Positions 45,630 to 63,467 of a DNA stretch of 64,000 nt are shown here, piece after piece; position 1 is the first letter of the stretch; every line of letters begins with the position of its first letter. A program made the position numbers and the translations under genes. The notes beneath the pieces were generated by a model, which made no database searches, had not been told where the DNA came from, and was given only the letters and a program-made list of their open reading frames with translations. This DNA comes from the human T2T-CHM13v2.0 reference genome, Homo sapiens. The DNA is taken from the NCBI RefSeq assembly GCF_009914755.1, contig NC_060940.1. One strand, given 5' to 3'.

Positions 45630-46029
45630 CTAGGCTCTTTGGTTCCTGTTTTACAGACAAGGAAACTGAGATACATCGAGGGGAAATAACTCATCCAAAT
45701 TCACACAGGTCCTAACTGGTGGAGCTTGGATACAAACAGAGAGAGTCTGGCTCCAGAGTCCATGCTTTGAACCCAGCAGATGTGAGATCACTTAGTGCTC
45801 AACACTGAATTTCCTCTGAGACCTCGATCTTGCCAATGAACATATGTTTTTAGGAACATTGAATCCTGCGGTTGTCAGGGGATTTCTGCACACAAATGTT
45901 AGCCGGTGAATTCACCGTTCTTTCCGATGGTAAGTTAGTGTTTCCCTCCTAAAAGGTGGTAACAGTGGGCTTGTCCTTGGTTCAGTCTGTTTCTTCTTAG
46001 GCCCAGTCAGTTACCCACTGAATTAACCC

Positions 46030-47100
46030 CACGCTGGACCCTGACCTCTTTTTGGTACCATGTACCCTTTTGGCATCTGGCGGAGTCTATGACCTCCTTC
46101 TGAGAACAATATCCTTTTTTTTTTTTTTTTTTTTTGGAGAAGATATGTTTATTAATGGATGATTACATTAGCTTTCTGGGCAACAAACCTAAATATGCCT
46201 ACTAATATTGATCTTCTATTCAACTCAAACTGAATAACATAACTTGTTCTCAATATAACTTACTTTTTTTAAAGTATTATTGCATGCCCTTATTTTATTT
46301 AAACTGAGATCTTCTTGGTGTCAGACGTTTATCTCAACCTATAGGTAAATATGTTTACAATTATAAATCTGCTAGTAAACATATTATATAACTTCTTCTA
46401 CTTAGTAATCTTCATATTAGACAACTATAGCTTAAGTATCATCATACTAGTTATACTCAAATTTTCCCTATTGCCTTAAAGATTCCCTTTGGCAGTTTGT
46501 TTGTTTAAATTAAGGCCCAAAATTCACATATTTCCTTTTTTATATATATAAATCTTTCTAACTCCAAAACAATATTTAACCATTAGCACTTTTTATTTTT
46601 GGTCCATTCAGTTTTGGGAAAATGTTATTTAGGCTATGAAATATTCTATACTAGATTTGATTGATTGTTCTTTGTAATATTGTTTAAATTATTTATCTAT
46701 GCAAAAAATAAAGTGCATGGAATTACAAAGGAAACCAATTATACTAAAATATGGTTATCAAAATATAAAAAAACTCACCAAATTTGTGTCATAGTAATAT
46801 GTGAATCTTTACTAATGCATCAAATAACAAGATTTAGTGGTGAGTCTAATAACTATGTAATTCCAATTAGTGATGCACACGTACAATATAATGAGATGTC
46901 TGCTATGATTGTAATGAGATATGAAAATATCGTGATTTATATCGGTGACAAAAATCACAGATATTGCAAATACTACTGTGGTTTGTTGCTTCCATTTATA
47001 ATAGAAGGAAATGCTAAATTTTAGTTAGCAATCAGAGAAAATGAGGCAGGTTTATGGACCCTCTGAATTCTACCCACAAACCTCAAGTTGGGAGCCCTGG
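46030..47100 (+). mobile_element. MER119-like hAT-Charlie element, interrupted at 46115-46700
   Basis: ccatgtacccttttggca...tgagaacaat, resuming with ggaattacaaaggaaaccaattata...atagaaggaaatgctaaattt. Confidence 0.75.
46115..46698 (-). other. Orphan polyadenylated retro-insert (processed 3'UTR or L1 transduction)
   Basis: T21 at 46115-46135; TTTATT (AATAAA on minus) at 46148-46153; unique AT-rich body splitting MER119. Confidence 0.7.
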
Positions 47101-47105
47101 CCTAG

Positions 47106-47460
<355 letters not shown>

Positions 47461-47849
47461 TGTTTCGTGTTTCTCTTAATTTGATAGACTCTAGCAAATA
47501 CCTGTTGAGACCCCACTGTGGGCAAGGCATGTGCTAGGGACTTGGGACAGAGCACTGAACACACAGAGCTGGCCTTCAAGGAACAGATAGATTTCTTTTA
47601 CGATTTTCCCGCCTTCCTTCTGGGGGGAGAGTGTCTTCACCCTTCAGTGTAATTGCAAACTCCTTGAAGGCTGGGAGTGGTTCTAAGTCCCTTCTCTTGT
47701 CAGGCCTCAGATGATAGGCATTGAAGAAACAGGAGGTTCAAAGATCAATGTTTACACAAAACGATTTTCGGTCGTTCATGGAAAAAAACATTTTATTATT
47801 TAACAGTTAAACATTTATGTTAATGCAGATAAGAAAATATATAGAACTC

Positions 47850-47977
47850 AGCTGGGTGTGATGGCTCACACCTGTAATCTTAGCACTTTGGGAGGCCGAG
47901 GTGGGAGAATTGCTTGAGTCCAGGTGTTCCGGACCAGCCTGGGCAATATAGCAAGACCCTATCTCTTAAAAAAATAA
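47850..47977 (+). mobile_element. FLAM_C-like Alu monomer
   Basis: Single left arm with tail; 18-bp TSD aagaaaa(t/c)atatagaact 47831-47848 and 47978-47995. Confidence 0.9.
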
Positions 47978-48047
47978 AAGAAAACATATAGAACTAGCCA
48001 TCTTAATACATAATATGGGTTATTATTGCCTAGGATGAGGACTTTTC

Positions 48048-49152
<1,105 letters not shown>

Positions 49153-49184
49153 AGATGAGGATATTTCAAGATAATATTAAGTAA

Positions 49185-49541
<357 letters not shown>

Positions 49542-49923
49542 TGGAAAACTCTTGATCAGACAACTTCTAAAGCTGCCCAAAGTGTGGTCTGTGGTCAGTA
49601 ATGGCCTGAGAACTGTTCCTTGTCTGAGACCAGATAAGACAGAACTTGAGGGTACCTGTTTAGAAGGATAGCAATTTAACATTCCTAAAACATCTGAATG
49701 CATGATCGTTATTCTAGTAATTTGCTTTTATTGTATTTTATGAACGTATTGGCCCACGATGGATTGGCAAACAAAAGAAGACAAAGCAAAGCTGGCCCTG
49801 CAGCCCTGACAGTCTGAGAAGCTCTACAGTTCCGCCCAGGCTTGGCAACATAACTACTGAACTTATTTTGGCCTCAGATTTTCCATCTATAAAATGAGGA
49901 TAAGAAAAGGAAAGCTCAGTCTT

Positions 49924-50224
49924 CATTTTATTTTATTTTTGAGACAGAGTCTGGCTCTGTTGCTCAGGGTGGATCATGCAGTGGCGCGATCTTGGCTCAC
50001 TACCACCTCCACCTCCTGGGTTCAAGCGATTCTCGTGCCTCAGCCTCCTGAGTAGCTGGGATTACAGTCTTGTGCCACCATGCCCGGCTAATTTTTGCAC
50101 TTTTAGTAGAGATGTGGTTTCACCATGTTGGCCAGGCTGGTCTTGAACTCCTGACCTCAAGTGATCCGCCCACCTGGAGCTCCCAAAGTGCTGGGATTAC
50201 AGGCGTGAGCCACTGTGCCCGGCC
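49924..50224 (-). mobile_element. Alu (AluSz-like)
   Basis: Full dimer; TSD-like agc(t/c)cagtctt. Confidence 0.95.
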
Positions 50225-50272
50225 GGGAGCCCAGTCTTGATTGTTGTCAGCTAGTAGCTGGCCTGGTACTAC

Positions 50273-50723
50273 TGCTAGGCTGTGGTGTTCCCTACTTAAG
50301 CAATTTCATAGGATGGTCACACTGGAAGATGTCATGCTGACCATGATGAAACAAGACAAAAACAAGACAGTCTGTAATGAATCCTATCTGAGCATGAAAG
50401 TATGAGCAGTGGGCAAACCACAAAAAAATGGCCAAACGCATCCTCTCCTTCTGACTGACACATGCAGTTACTGCTGGTTTTCCAATGACAGCTTTAGCCC
50501 CACTCTATTCCTCCTGCCTCCTACATAAAAATTATGATGATGCCCAGCCATGGAATTAACACTGCTTTCTGCCAGCTAACCAGAAGCGCCCCAACACACT
50601 CTTACTGGGACACAGCTCCCACTCCCCATGGTGTGTGGTCTTCCTTGTTGCAACAGGTTACTAAACCCATTTCTGTTCAACTACAGGTGTGTTTCTGGTG
50701 GCTTCTGGCTGATGAGCATGACA
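50273..50723 (+). mobile_element. ERV1 solo LTR (MER90-like)
   Basis: aacaagacaaaaacaagac...caaaccacaaaaa...gttcaactacaggtgtgtttctggtgg...gcatgaca. Confidence 0.65.
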
Positions 50724-50833
50724 GGAATAATAATAGATGGCTATAGGTTTAAATGAGTTCATGCATGCAATATGCTTAGAATGATGCCTGGCTCCAAGTA
50801 AGGTCTATTAAAATGTTAGATATTATTATTATT

Positions 50834-50993
50834 GTTATTATTATTCGGAATAGCGTCTTGCTGTGTTGCCCAGGCTGGAGTGCAGTGGTGTGATCATGGC
50901 TCACTGTAGCCTCAACCTCCTGGGGTCAAGCAATCCTCCCACTTTAGCCTCCTGAGTAGGTGGGAGTACAGGTGTGAGGCACCATTACAGGCC
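50834..50993 (-). mobile_element. Alu right-arm monomer (FRAM/AluJ-like)
   Basis: Single right arm between (TAT)n flanks. Confidence 0.88.
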
Positions 50994-51068
50994 TATTATT
51001 ATTAATAATATTATCTTTGTCCCTCACAGTGATGGGCACCACATCTTGCCATAGAAAGACCCCATACT

Positions 51069-51356
<288 letters not shown>

Positions 51357-51413
51357 TGAAAGACACACCCCACACTTGTGGGGACACCAAATTTGTGGAT
51401 TGATTTGGGATAG

Positions 51414-52242
<829 letters not shown>

Positions 52243-52539
52243 AGGCTTCAACTTTAATTTAGACCAAGAAGACATCTCCATTCTCTCTGAATGGAGCTTG
52301 AAGACAAACAAACAAGAAATGAGTGTGAGTATAGCTGGGGTGGGATGGGGCCTACAGGTATTGGAGAGGCAGAAATCTCGTCCTGTCTGTTGACATTTGT
52401 CAAGGCCTCTGCAGGGACAGGCTCCTGGGAGACTCTGCAGTCAGCTGCACTTCCAGAGGGAGAAGAGGCATACGCTTTCTCTCTCTCTCTCTCCTCTTTT
52501 CTTCCTCTCTCCCTCCTCCCTGCAGCAAGAGTCTTGAAT

Positions 52540-52760
52540 CCCTCTGACTGACAGTGTCAGATTGTCTTATCAAAACACGGGTCCGGGACTACACTGTGAT
52601 TGGCTGTGCAGAACCATTGTGGGGCTGGAGAATTCTTCTCCGAGGGAAATGATTATAAGGCATTTTAAGAACAGCAAGCTGAATGCTACGCACAGCTGGC
52701 AGTTCTTGTTTTTGACAAGTAATAATTGCCTCAGGTGCAATGGAAAGTGGGGGTGGGGGG
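52540..52760. promoter_or_regulatory. Candidate enhancer (TALE/GATA/SOX/CCAAT cluster)
   Basis: TGACTGACAG 52545-52554, CTTATC 52566-52571, TGATTGGC 52597-52604, CATTGT 52615-52620, all in unique DNA. Confidence 0.4.
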
Positions 52761-53114
52761 CTCTGTGAGTTTATTTTGAGAGGAGGCTCAGTGCACAGGG
52801 GTTGGGCATTGGACAAGGAGGGGTGAGTGGGAGCAACTTGGCTCAGGGGGTCTCAGACTGACTCGATCTGAGGCTGAGGGAGCATCTGGGGTGGCCCTGA
52901 GTGACAGTATGTTTCCTTCTGTGCCCCTGGGAACACCTCTTGCCATCTGAGTGGGGAGACAGGGGGTGACTTGTGATTGTAGGAAGGCCCAGATGTTCTG
53001 AGCAAACTGACCCAAAGCAGCATCTGTCCTGCATGGGGGCCTGGCCCTGTGAGGGTGATGCACGAGCGGCTTTTGTGCTTAGAGAGCCCTGGAACCACTG
53101 TATGCCTTGCTAGA

Positions 53115-53233
53115 CACTTGCTACTCAAAGTGTAGTGCCTGGGCCAGCAGCATCAGCACCAGCCTGGGAGCTCATAAGAAAAGCAGAGGCTCAGGTCCCC
53201 CTCAGGGACCTACAGAATCCAAATCTGCATTTT
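53115..53233 (+). mobile_element. MER5A fragment
   Basis: ctcaaagtgt...ccagcagcatcagca...gaatccaaatctgcatttt. Confidence 0.8.
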
Positions 53234-53234
53234 G

Positions 53235-53705
<471 letters not shown>

Positions 53706-53857
53706 TAAGCTTCAAAAAAGAAAATGGGCACTGCCATGGAAAGGAGAAGCTGGATTGTATGCCAGGCAGTCAAAAAGCCAACTGTTTTTGATGATTGGAG
53801 TGCTGGTTACAGAGGGAGCTCATTTTCTTTTTTAAAAATATATTTAAAAATGTTTTA

Positions 53858-54305
<448 letters not shown>

Positions 54306-54347
54306 TTGGGGCTCATTTTCTTTTCTTTTTAAATAACCTTCATTTAA

Positions 54348-54773
<426 letters not shown>

Positions 54774-55370
54774 TGATTTTGTGTCAATGTGGAGAGATAT
54801 TCAACAAGGACATGGAGTCTGTCAGACTTTGCATTGCCCCATTTCCTGTATACTAGTTTGATGCTTGCTCTATGCAGATGTCTTGGCTCATGAAGGCCCA
54901 TGTACATTCTGGAAGACGGTCATGGAGCCGGGGACCAAGTCCTGTGGCTGAGAGGATAAAGGACTCTGTCCCAGTCTGGAACTGATCACCTCAGAGTAAC
55001 ATGATGGGGTAGTCCATGGACTTTCACGTCAGACCAAGCTGGGTGTAAAGCCAGGAGCTGCCACTCAGCAGCTGTGTCACCTCAGGGAGGATGCTGTGCC
55101 CTCCCCTTCCCCCAGAGAATGGCCTCTGCCCGGCCTGCCTTGGTGAGCACAGGAGCTCATGGATTAAGATGTGTAACATGCTCAGCATGGGGCTTGGCAC
55201 ATTACAGTCAGTGCTGAATAAAGGCTAGGCATTAATATGATGTTGATAAATTGTTTTATTTTATATGATTTAAAGATAAGCTTTGAGGTGATGCCGGGGG
55301 AGAGCGTGGATGGGAAATTTGATAGTTTCAGGAGTTTGAAGAAGGCACTTCTAGAAGAGATTGGTGATGA

Positions 55371-55719
<349 letters not shown>

Positions 55720-57607
55720 TCCTTATGAGGTTTCTATGTGGTTCTTCACTGAGTTCCAGGACACTCTTCCCTGGCCAGCAGTAAATCAGGAAGACAGCAG
55801 TCCTTAGAGCTGAGGTGGTAACACAGGATGTTTGCAAAAGGGTTGAATATTTCAGGAGAAAATAGCTAATCTTGTCTTTAAAAAAATCAGCCAATTAACC
55901 AACAAACCATGTGACCTCAGATAAATATTGTTTCCTATCCAGCTCAATTTCCTCATCTCTAAAATGAGAGAGTGTATCCTTTATTCCCTCCATGCCAGGA
56001 ACTAACTGAGAAGTAGAGCTAGCTATTTGATAATCATCAAACTAAGAGCTTTCTTCTGGTGCACCTGCGCTGGAGAACACCCACATAAAACGATAGTAAC
56101 TGTGACGTGCCGTGAAGAAAATGTGCTGTGACAACCAGAGCAGATCTGAGTGGGACAGGGAGCTCAAGATATAACATTTAAGCTCTGATCTGAAGAAGTA
56201 GCTGGAGGTGAGTGCATTCAGCATATGCAAAGATCCTGTGGCAGGCTGGAGGAACTGAAAGAAAGTCAATGTGGCTGGAGGGAGAGCAGGTGCAAACCCT
56301 CCTACATCAAACCTTGTGAGCCCTATGAAAGATTGCACATGTTGTCCAAAGATTGAAGGGTTTTAAACAGGATGTTAATATTAGCATATTAGCAGGAGCT
56401 CACTCTGGCAGCAGGGTGGAGAGGGGATGGATCTCTCCTTTTTTGGAAAGGATCACATTGTAACCCTTCTCTTGCCAAATTCTCTTTCCCTCATATGGGC
56501 TGCTTTTGTTTGTGAGATGAAGAGCAAGAACAGAGTAGTGGTAGATGAGGGCTGCTAGCAGCTCTACCAGAATGGCAGGACATTTGAGAGCTGAATGGAG
56601 AATGGGTGTAATTAAAAGAAAAAAGGTGGAAAGACCTGGCTTGATTTCTCTTGCCAGGAATGATTGTACTACACATTCCCGCTTTAACACCGATTTTCTG
56701 TGAAAGGTATATTAGTCCCTAGGCTGAGTTCTCCGCCCAGGGGCGGTACAAGAATGTGAGAAGCAAATACTCTCTCCAGGAGATAAAATTCTAGGGGACT
56801 TTTTATGTTATGTCTCAGGTCCCTTGACATGAATTGGCTTTGTCCAGCCGTCAGACAAAAACCCAATGCAACTGTTAATTTGTGGTGGCCTTGGATGATG
56901 GGTGAAAGTATTAGTCTGTAGCTTAAAACCTCAACAGCGTGTCCTTCCTCCTCCAAAGTGGTAATTAAACACGGTCAGATGTGACTCTTGCCAGGCTGTT
57001 TAGTTGTGCTGGGCAAGGTCTCTGAATTAGAGATGATGACTGTAAAATGTTTGTGGGTTGAAAGTCCTCTCTTGGGTATACAGAAAAGATATAGAGAGAG
57101 TAGAGAATTGTGTTCTAGTTATGAGTCATTCATCCAACAAATATTTATTGAGCATTGTCCCGGATACGATTGGTTTCCCACCTGGATCCCACTTAGGAGT
57201 CTAAGGCAGCTGCCAGGGAATTGTGCTCAGCTGATGGTGCTGAGGAATGCCTGGGAGGTTACATTTTGCACCCTCCCCAGGGGCAGCCCCCTGCCAATGG
57301 AGAGGCCATATGTAAAGCTGGCCCCTTGATACAGGCTGGATAATTCTGTGATGGCTTCATGCCCCAGAGCTCCTTGTGGAGTTGGTCTGAGAATAGGCTC
57401 CTGCTGAATCTATATACTTTCCTTTTCTATCTCACTTCCCTCACTCCCTTTCTCCTGAGGGTGTCAGAAGTATTCAAACGAGAGTGACTCCATCTTAATA
57501 TGAGCTGGGTGAAATGAAGCTGAGATTTGCTGGGCCGCATTCCCAGGAAGTTAGGTATCCTTAGTCACAGGAAGAGGTTGGAGGTCAGCAGGACAAGATA
57601 CAAGTCA

Positions 57608-57976
<369 letters not shown>

Positions 57977-58162
57977 TCAAAACCCACCCAAACCAACATG
58001 GTGACGATAGTGACCTCTTGTTATCCTTGCTGCTAATTATATGCTAATTATAATGCATTAGCATGCTAAAAGACACTCCCACTAGTGCCATGACAGTTTA
58101 CAAATGCCATGGCAACGTCCAGAAATTACCCTATATGCTCTAAGAGGAAGAGGAACCCTCAG

Positions 58163-58171
58163 TTCCAGGAA
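58163..58171. promoter_or_regulatory. GAS (STAT) motif TTCCAGGAA in MER41B
   Basis: Exact TTC-N3-GAA at the position of the first of the tandem MER41B GAS sites. Confidence 0.55.
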
Positions 58172-58544
58172 TTCCTGGCCCCTTTCCTAGCAAACTCATG
58201 AATAATCCATCCCTGGTTTAGCATATGATTAAGAAATAACCATAAAAATAGCCAACTAGCAGCCCTTGGGGCTGCTCTGCCCATGGAGCAGCCATTCTTT
58301 TATTCCTTTTCTTTTTAAATAAACTTGCTTTTACTTTACTCTGTGGACTCGCCCTGAATTCTTTCTTGCATGAGATCCAAGAATGCTCTCTTGGGGTCTA
58401 GATTGGGACCCCTTTCCGGTAACAAGAACACTCCCTCAATAAAGCAGGGCATAAGTCCCTGTTTCAGGCTTTGCTCCTGCAGAACCTGCCTAAGACCTGC
58501 TGTGTGTTGGGCACTGTGTCTATGCCTTGGAGATAGAGTGTTAA

Positions 58545-58932
<388 letters not shown>

Positions 58933-59016
58933 CCTAGTCTTGTAATTTTGAGAAGTCGCTGGAGCTATGCGAGCCTCAAATTTCTTATCAATCGAATGGT
59001 GGTAACAGTGCTTGTC

Positions 59017-59323
59017 TTTACTTTTTTCCTTCTATTTTTTAGTCTTGCACTGTCACCCAGGCTGGAGTGCACTGGCATGATTCCACCATACTGCAGCCTT
59101 GAACTCCTAGGCTCAAGTGATCCTCTGACCTCAGCCTCTGGAGTAGCTGGGACTATAGGTACATTCTACCATACCTGGCTAATTTAAGAAAAAAAAAATT
59201 TTTTTTTAGACCCAAGGTTTTACTATTTTGCTCAGGCTGATCTCGAACTCTGGCCTCAGTGGATCCTCCTGCCTCGGCCTCTTGAAGTGTTGGGATTACA
59301 AATGTAAGCCAGGGCACCCAACC
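59017..59323 (-). mobile_element. Alu (AluJ-like)
   Basis: Diverged full dimer. Confidence 0.92.
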
Positions 59324-59831
59324 AATGCTTTCCTTTTCTGAAAAGACCAAGCAACAGCAGCAGCAGGATGGTTTAAGCCTTCTTAAGCATCTGTCAGCTG
59401 CCCTTCCCCATCACCACTTCCAGATGACAGCCTTGTCTTCTATTTCTAGCTAGGTTGCTGCTGCTATACATGGAAATTCTGGATCCTCCATTTTAGGACC
59501 ATGAATTGATAGAAAACTGGCTCTCATGCTGCTACCTAGGTGTTTGTTGAATGAATGAATGTTGAATATGATTAACAACAGTGCTATCATTCAAGCAGCC
59601 CAGGTACTGGAATAAGCACTTTATTGCTTCTTTTTTAAAATTTTTTTATAGAGAAGGAAATGGAGGCATTGAAATACCAAGACATACTGAATATGAGAGC
59701 AATTCAACAACTATGTAAAGCACATATACAGATGTAAAATGTTAGAAGACAGGACTTTGGATGGAAGGATTAATTTGCAGCACTGATGTTTCCTAAGAAA
59801 ATGGTCAGAAGAAATTTCTTTTGGAATGTTC

Positions 59832-60211
<380 letters not shown>

Positions 60212-60657
60212 TAACCCATTGTTCAAGGTCATGGAGATTGTTTTTGAAACTTGAAACCAAACACTTACAGATGGCTCCCCCAAAGGATAGAGAAAAGGAA
60301 ACGAGAAACAAGAAAATCACAACCACCTGCTATTATAAAAGGAGCCCGCATGATGAAGTTTTTAGAATTGTGGATCTGTACTTCTGCTACTGCTTAGGTT
60401 TTAGTGGAGGCAAAATAATGCCAATAGCTAATTTGTTTGGTCATTAAGCTTTGATAGAACTTCAGTCTAAGGGACATACAATTATATTAATGTACATGCT
60501 CCAGAGTCCCTGGTTTTATGATCTGTGGATTATTTATCATTGTTTCAGGATAGCAGTAGTTTACTTTGGTTTCATGATTTTTTTAACATTGGTTCTGGAA
60601 TCCAAGAGACTTGGTAGGATTCTTTGTTTTTGTCTTTCCTTAATATTATTATCATCA

Positions 60658-61042
<385 letters not shown>

Positions 61043-61056
61043 TAAAATTTTTTCTC

Positions 61057-61113
61057 CCCTTCCCTTCCCTTCCCTTCCCTTCCCTTCCCTTCCCTCCCCT
61101 CCCCTCCCCTCCC
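61057..61113. repeat. (CCCTT)7 + (CCCCT)n pentamer repeat
   Basis: Direct count; reads (AGGGG)n(AAGGG)7 on the minus strand. Confidence 0.95.
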
Positions 61114-61144
61114 TTTGTGCCTCCCTGCCTACCTTTCCTCTCTC

Positions 61145-61273
61145 TTTCTTTTCAATAGAGATGGGGTCTCACTTTGCTGTCCAGGCTTACCCTGAACTCC
61201 TGGACTCAAGTGATTCTCCTTCCTCAGCTTCCCAAATAGCTGGGACTACAGGTGCATGCCACCATGTCTAGCT
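61145..61273 (-). mobile_element. FLAM-like Alu monomer
   Basis: agagatggggtctcact...gaactcctggactcaagtgat...gggactacaggtgcatgccaccatg. Confidence 0.85.
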
Positions 61274-61275
61274 AA

Positions 61276-61696
61276 TGTATTTGTTTTTGATTATGGCATA
61301 ACAAAGCACCCAAAAACTTAGTAGCTTAAAACAACACGCAGTTTCTAGGGGTCAGGCATCCAGGTACAGCTTAACTGGGACCTCTACTCAGAGGCTCTCA
61401 CAGGCTGCAATCACGGTGCCCACAAGGCTGCAGTTATCTCAAGATTCAACTTGGAGAGGCTCTGCTTCCAGGCTCATGTGGTCATTGGCAGAATTCAGTT
61501 CCTTGAGAGTTGTTGGGCTGAGGGCCTCCTTTCATTGCTGGCTGCTGGCCAGAAGCTGCCCTGTTTCCTGCTAGATGGTTCTCCCTGACAACAGGGAAGC
61601 TTGTTCCATCAAAGCAAGCTTGTGAGAAAATATCTCTATCTCTGCCTTTATCTATCTATATGTCTATATCTACATAGAGAAAGAAGACAGAACTCA

Positions 61697-61731
<35 letters not shown>

Positions 61732-62265
61732 GGTTATGGACAGAATTGCAGCCCTCTCCCAATCTCCCAAATCCACATGTTGAAGTTCTCACTCCCAATG
61801 TGCCTGTATTTGGAGACAGGGCCCTTTCAGAGATACTTAAAATAAGCCAGGTTATAAGGGTGGGGCCCTAATCTGATAGGACCTGTGTCCTTACAAGAAG
61901 AGGAAGAAACATGATAGGAAAGACCATGTGAGAACACAGTGAGAAGGTGGCCGTCTGCAAGGCAGGAAGAGAGCCCTCACCAGAAACCAACCCTGCTGTC
62001 CTACCTTGATCTTGGACTTCTACCCTCCAGAACTGTGAGAAAATAAGTGCCTGTTGTTTAATCTCCCAGTCTGTGATATTTTGTTTTGGCAGCCTGAGCT
62101 GCCTAATATGATAACCTGATCTTGGAAGTGACATCTCACCACTTTTGCCAGTTCTATTCCTTAGAAGCAAGTCATCAGGTTCAGCCCACACTCTAGGGAG
62201 GAGGTTCCACAAGGGCATAAATACGAGAATGAGAGGGTTGGAAGCCACTTAGAGGCTGCCTATCA
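61276..62265 (-). mobile_element. MLT1E-like LTR, split by MLT1A
   Basis: aaaacttagtagcttaaaacaac...ttggcagaattcagttcctt...ggaagtgacatctcacc...gaggctgcctatca. Confidence 0.78.
61732..62110 (+). mobile_element. MLT1A-like LTR
   Basis: agggtggggccctaatctgatagga...gagaaggtggccgtctgcaag...ccagaactgtgagaaaataa. Confidence 0.85.
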
Positions 62266-62304
62266 CGGGCACTGCTGTCTCTTCCTAAGATGGCTAAAAT
62301 ATAA

Positions 62305-62878
<574 letters not shown>

Positions 62879-62938
62879 TCATTTAAAACCCTCCAATCCT
62901 ATTCCACTTTAAATAAGTTCCAAATCCCCCTACTATGA

Positions 62939-63359
62939 TGCTGTGGGCTGAATTATGTATCCCTCACCCTAACCCCCTCCAAATTCTAAGTCCTAACCCT
63001 CATTGTTTCCTTCCAAATCCTACCTTCTTTAGAGTTAGGGCCTCTGTGGAGGTACTTATGTTAAAATGATTTCATTTGACTGGGCCTTAATCCGATATGA
63101 CTGGCATCCTTATAAGAAAGGCATACACCGACACAAGCAGAAGGCAGACCACGTGAAGACATAGGGAAAAGTCAGCATTCTACAAACCAAAGAGAGCAGC
63201 CCAGAACAGATCCTTGTCTCACAGCCCTCAGAAGGAACCAACCCTGCTGACACCTTGATCTTCAACTTCTAGCCTTTGAACTGCAAGAAAATACATTTCA
63301 GTCACTTTAAGCCACCCTGCCAGCGGCACTTTGTGTGGCAGCTCGAGGAAGCAGATGCC
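62939..63359 (+). mobile_element. MLT1A0-like LTR
   Basis: tgctgtgggctgaatt...cagccctcagaaggaaccaaccctgctgacaccttgatc. Confidence 0.82.
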
Positions 63360-63467
63360 TGCCACTTGCTCCTGGCTCACCTAAGCCATGGCAGCCTCCT
63401 TTCACTTCTTTGCAAATACTCTTCCATCTTAGGGCCTTTGCATGTGTGTTTTTTTTCTGCCTAGAAC

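Noticed and set aside
45904-45917. 14-bp perfect palindrome CGGTGAATTCACCG
   Set aside because: A few palindromes of this length are expected by chance in 64 kb; no supporting context.
46665-47024. 119-aa ORF
   Set aside because: Lies in non-coding MER119 sequence; no transposase motif seen.
56733-56746. CTCF-like CCGCCCAGGGGCGG
   Set aside because: Mismatches at two core positions; insufficient to call.
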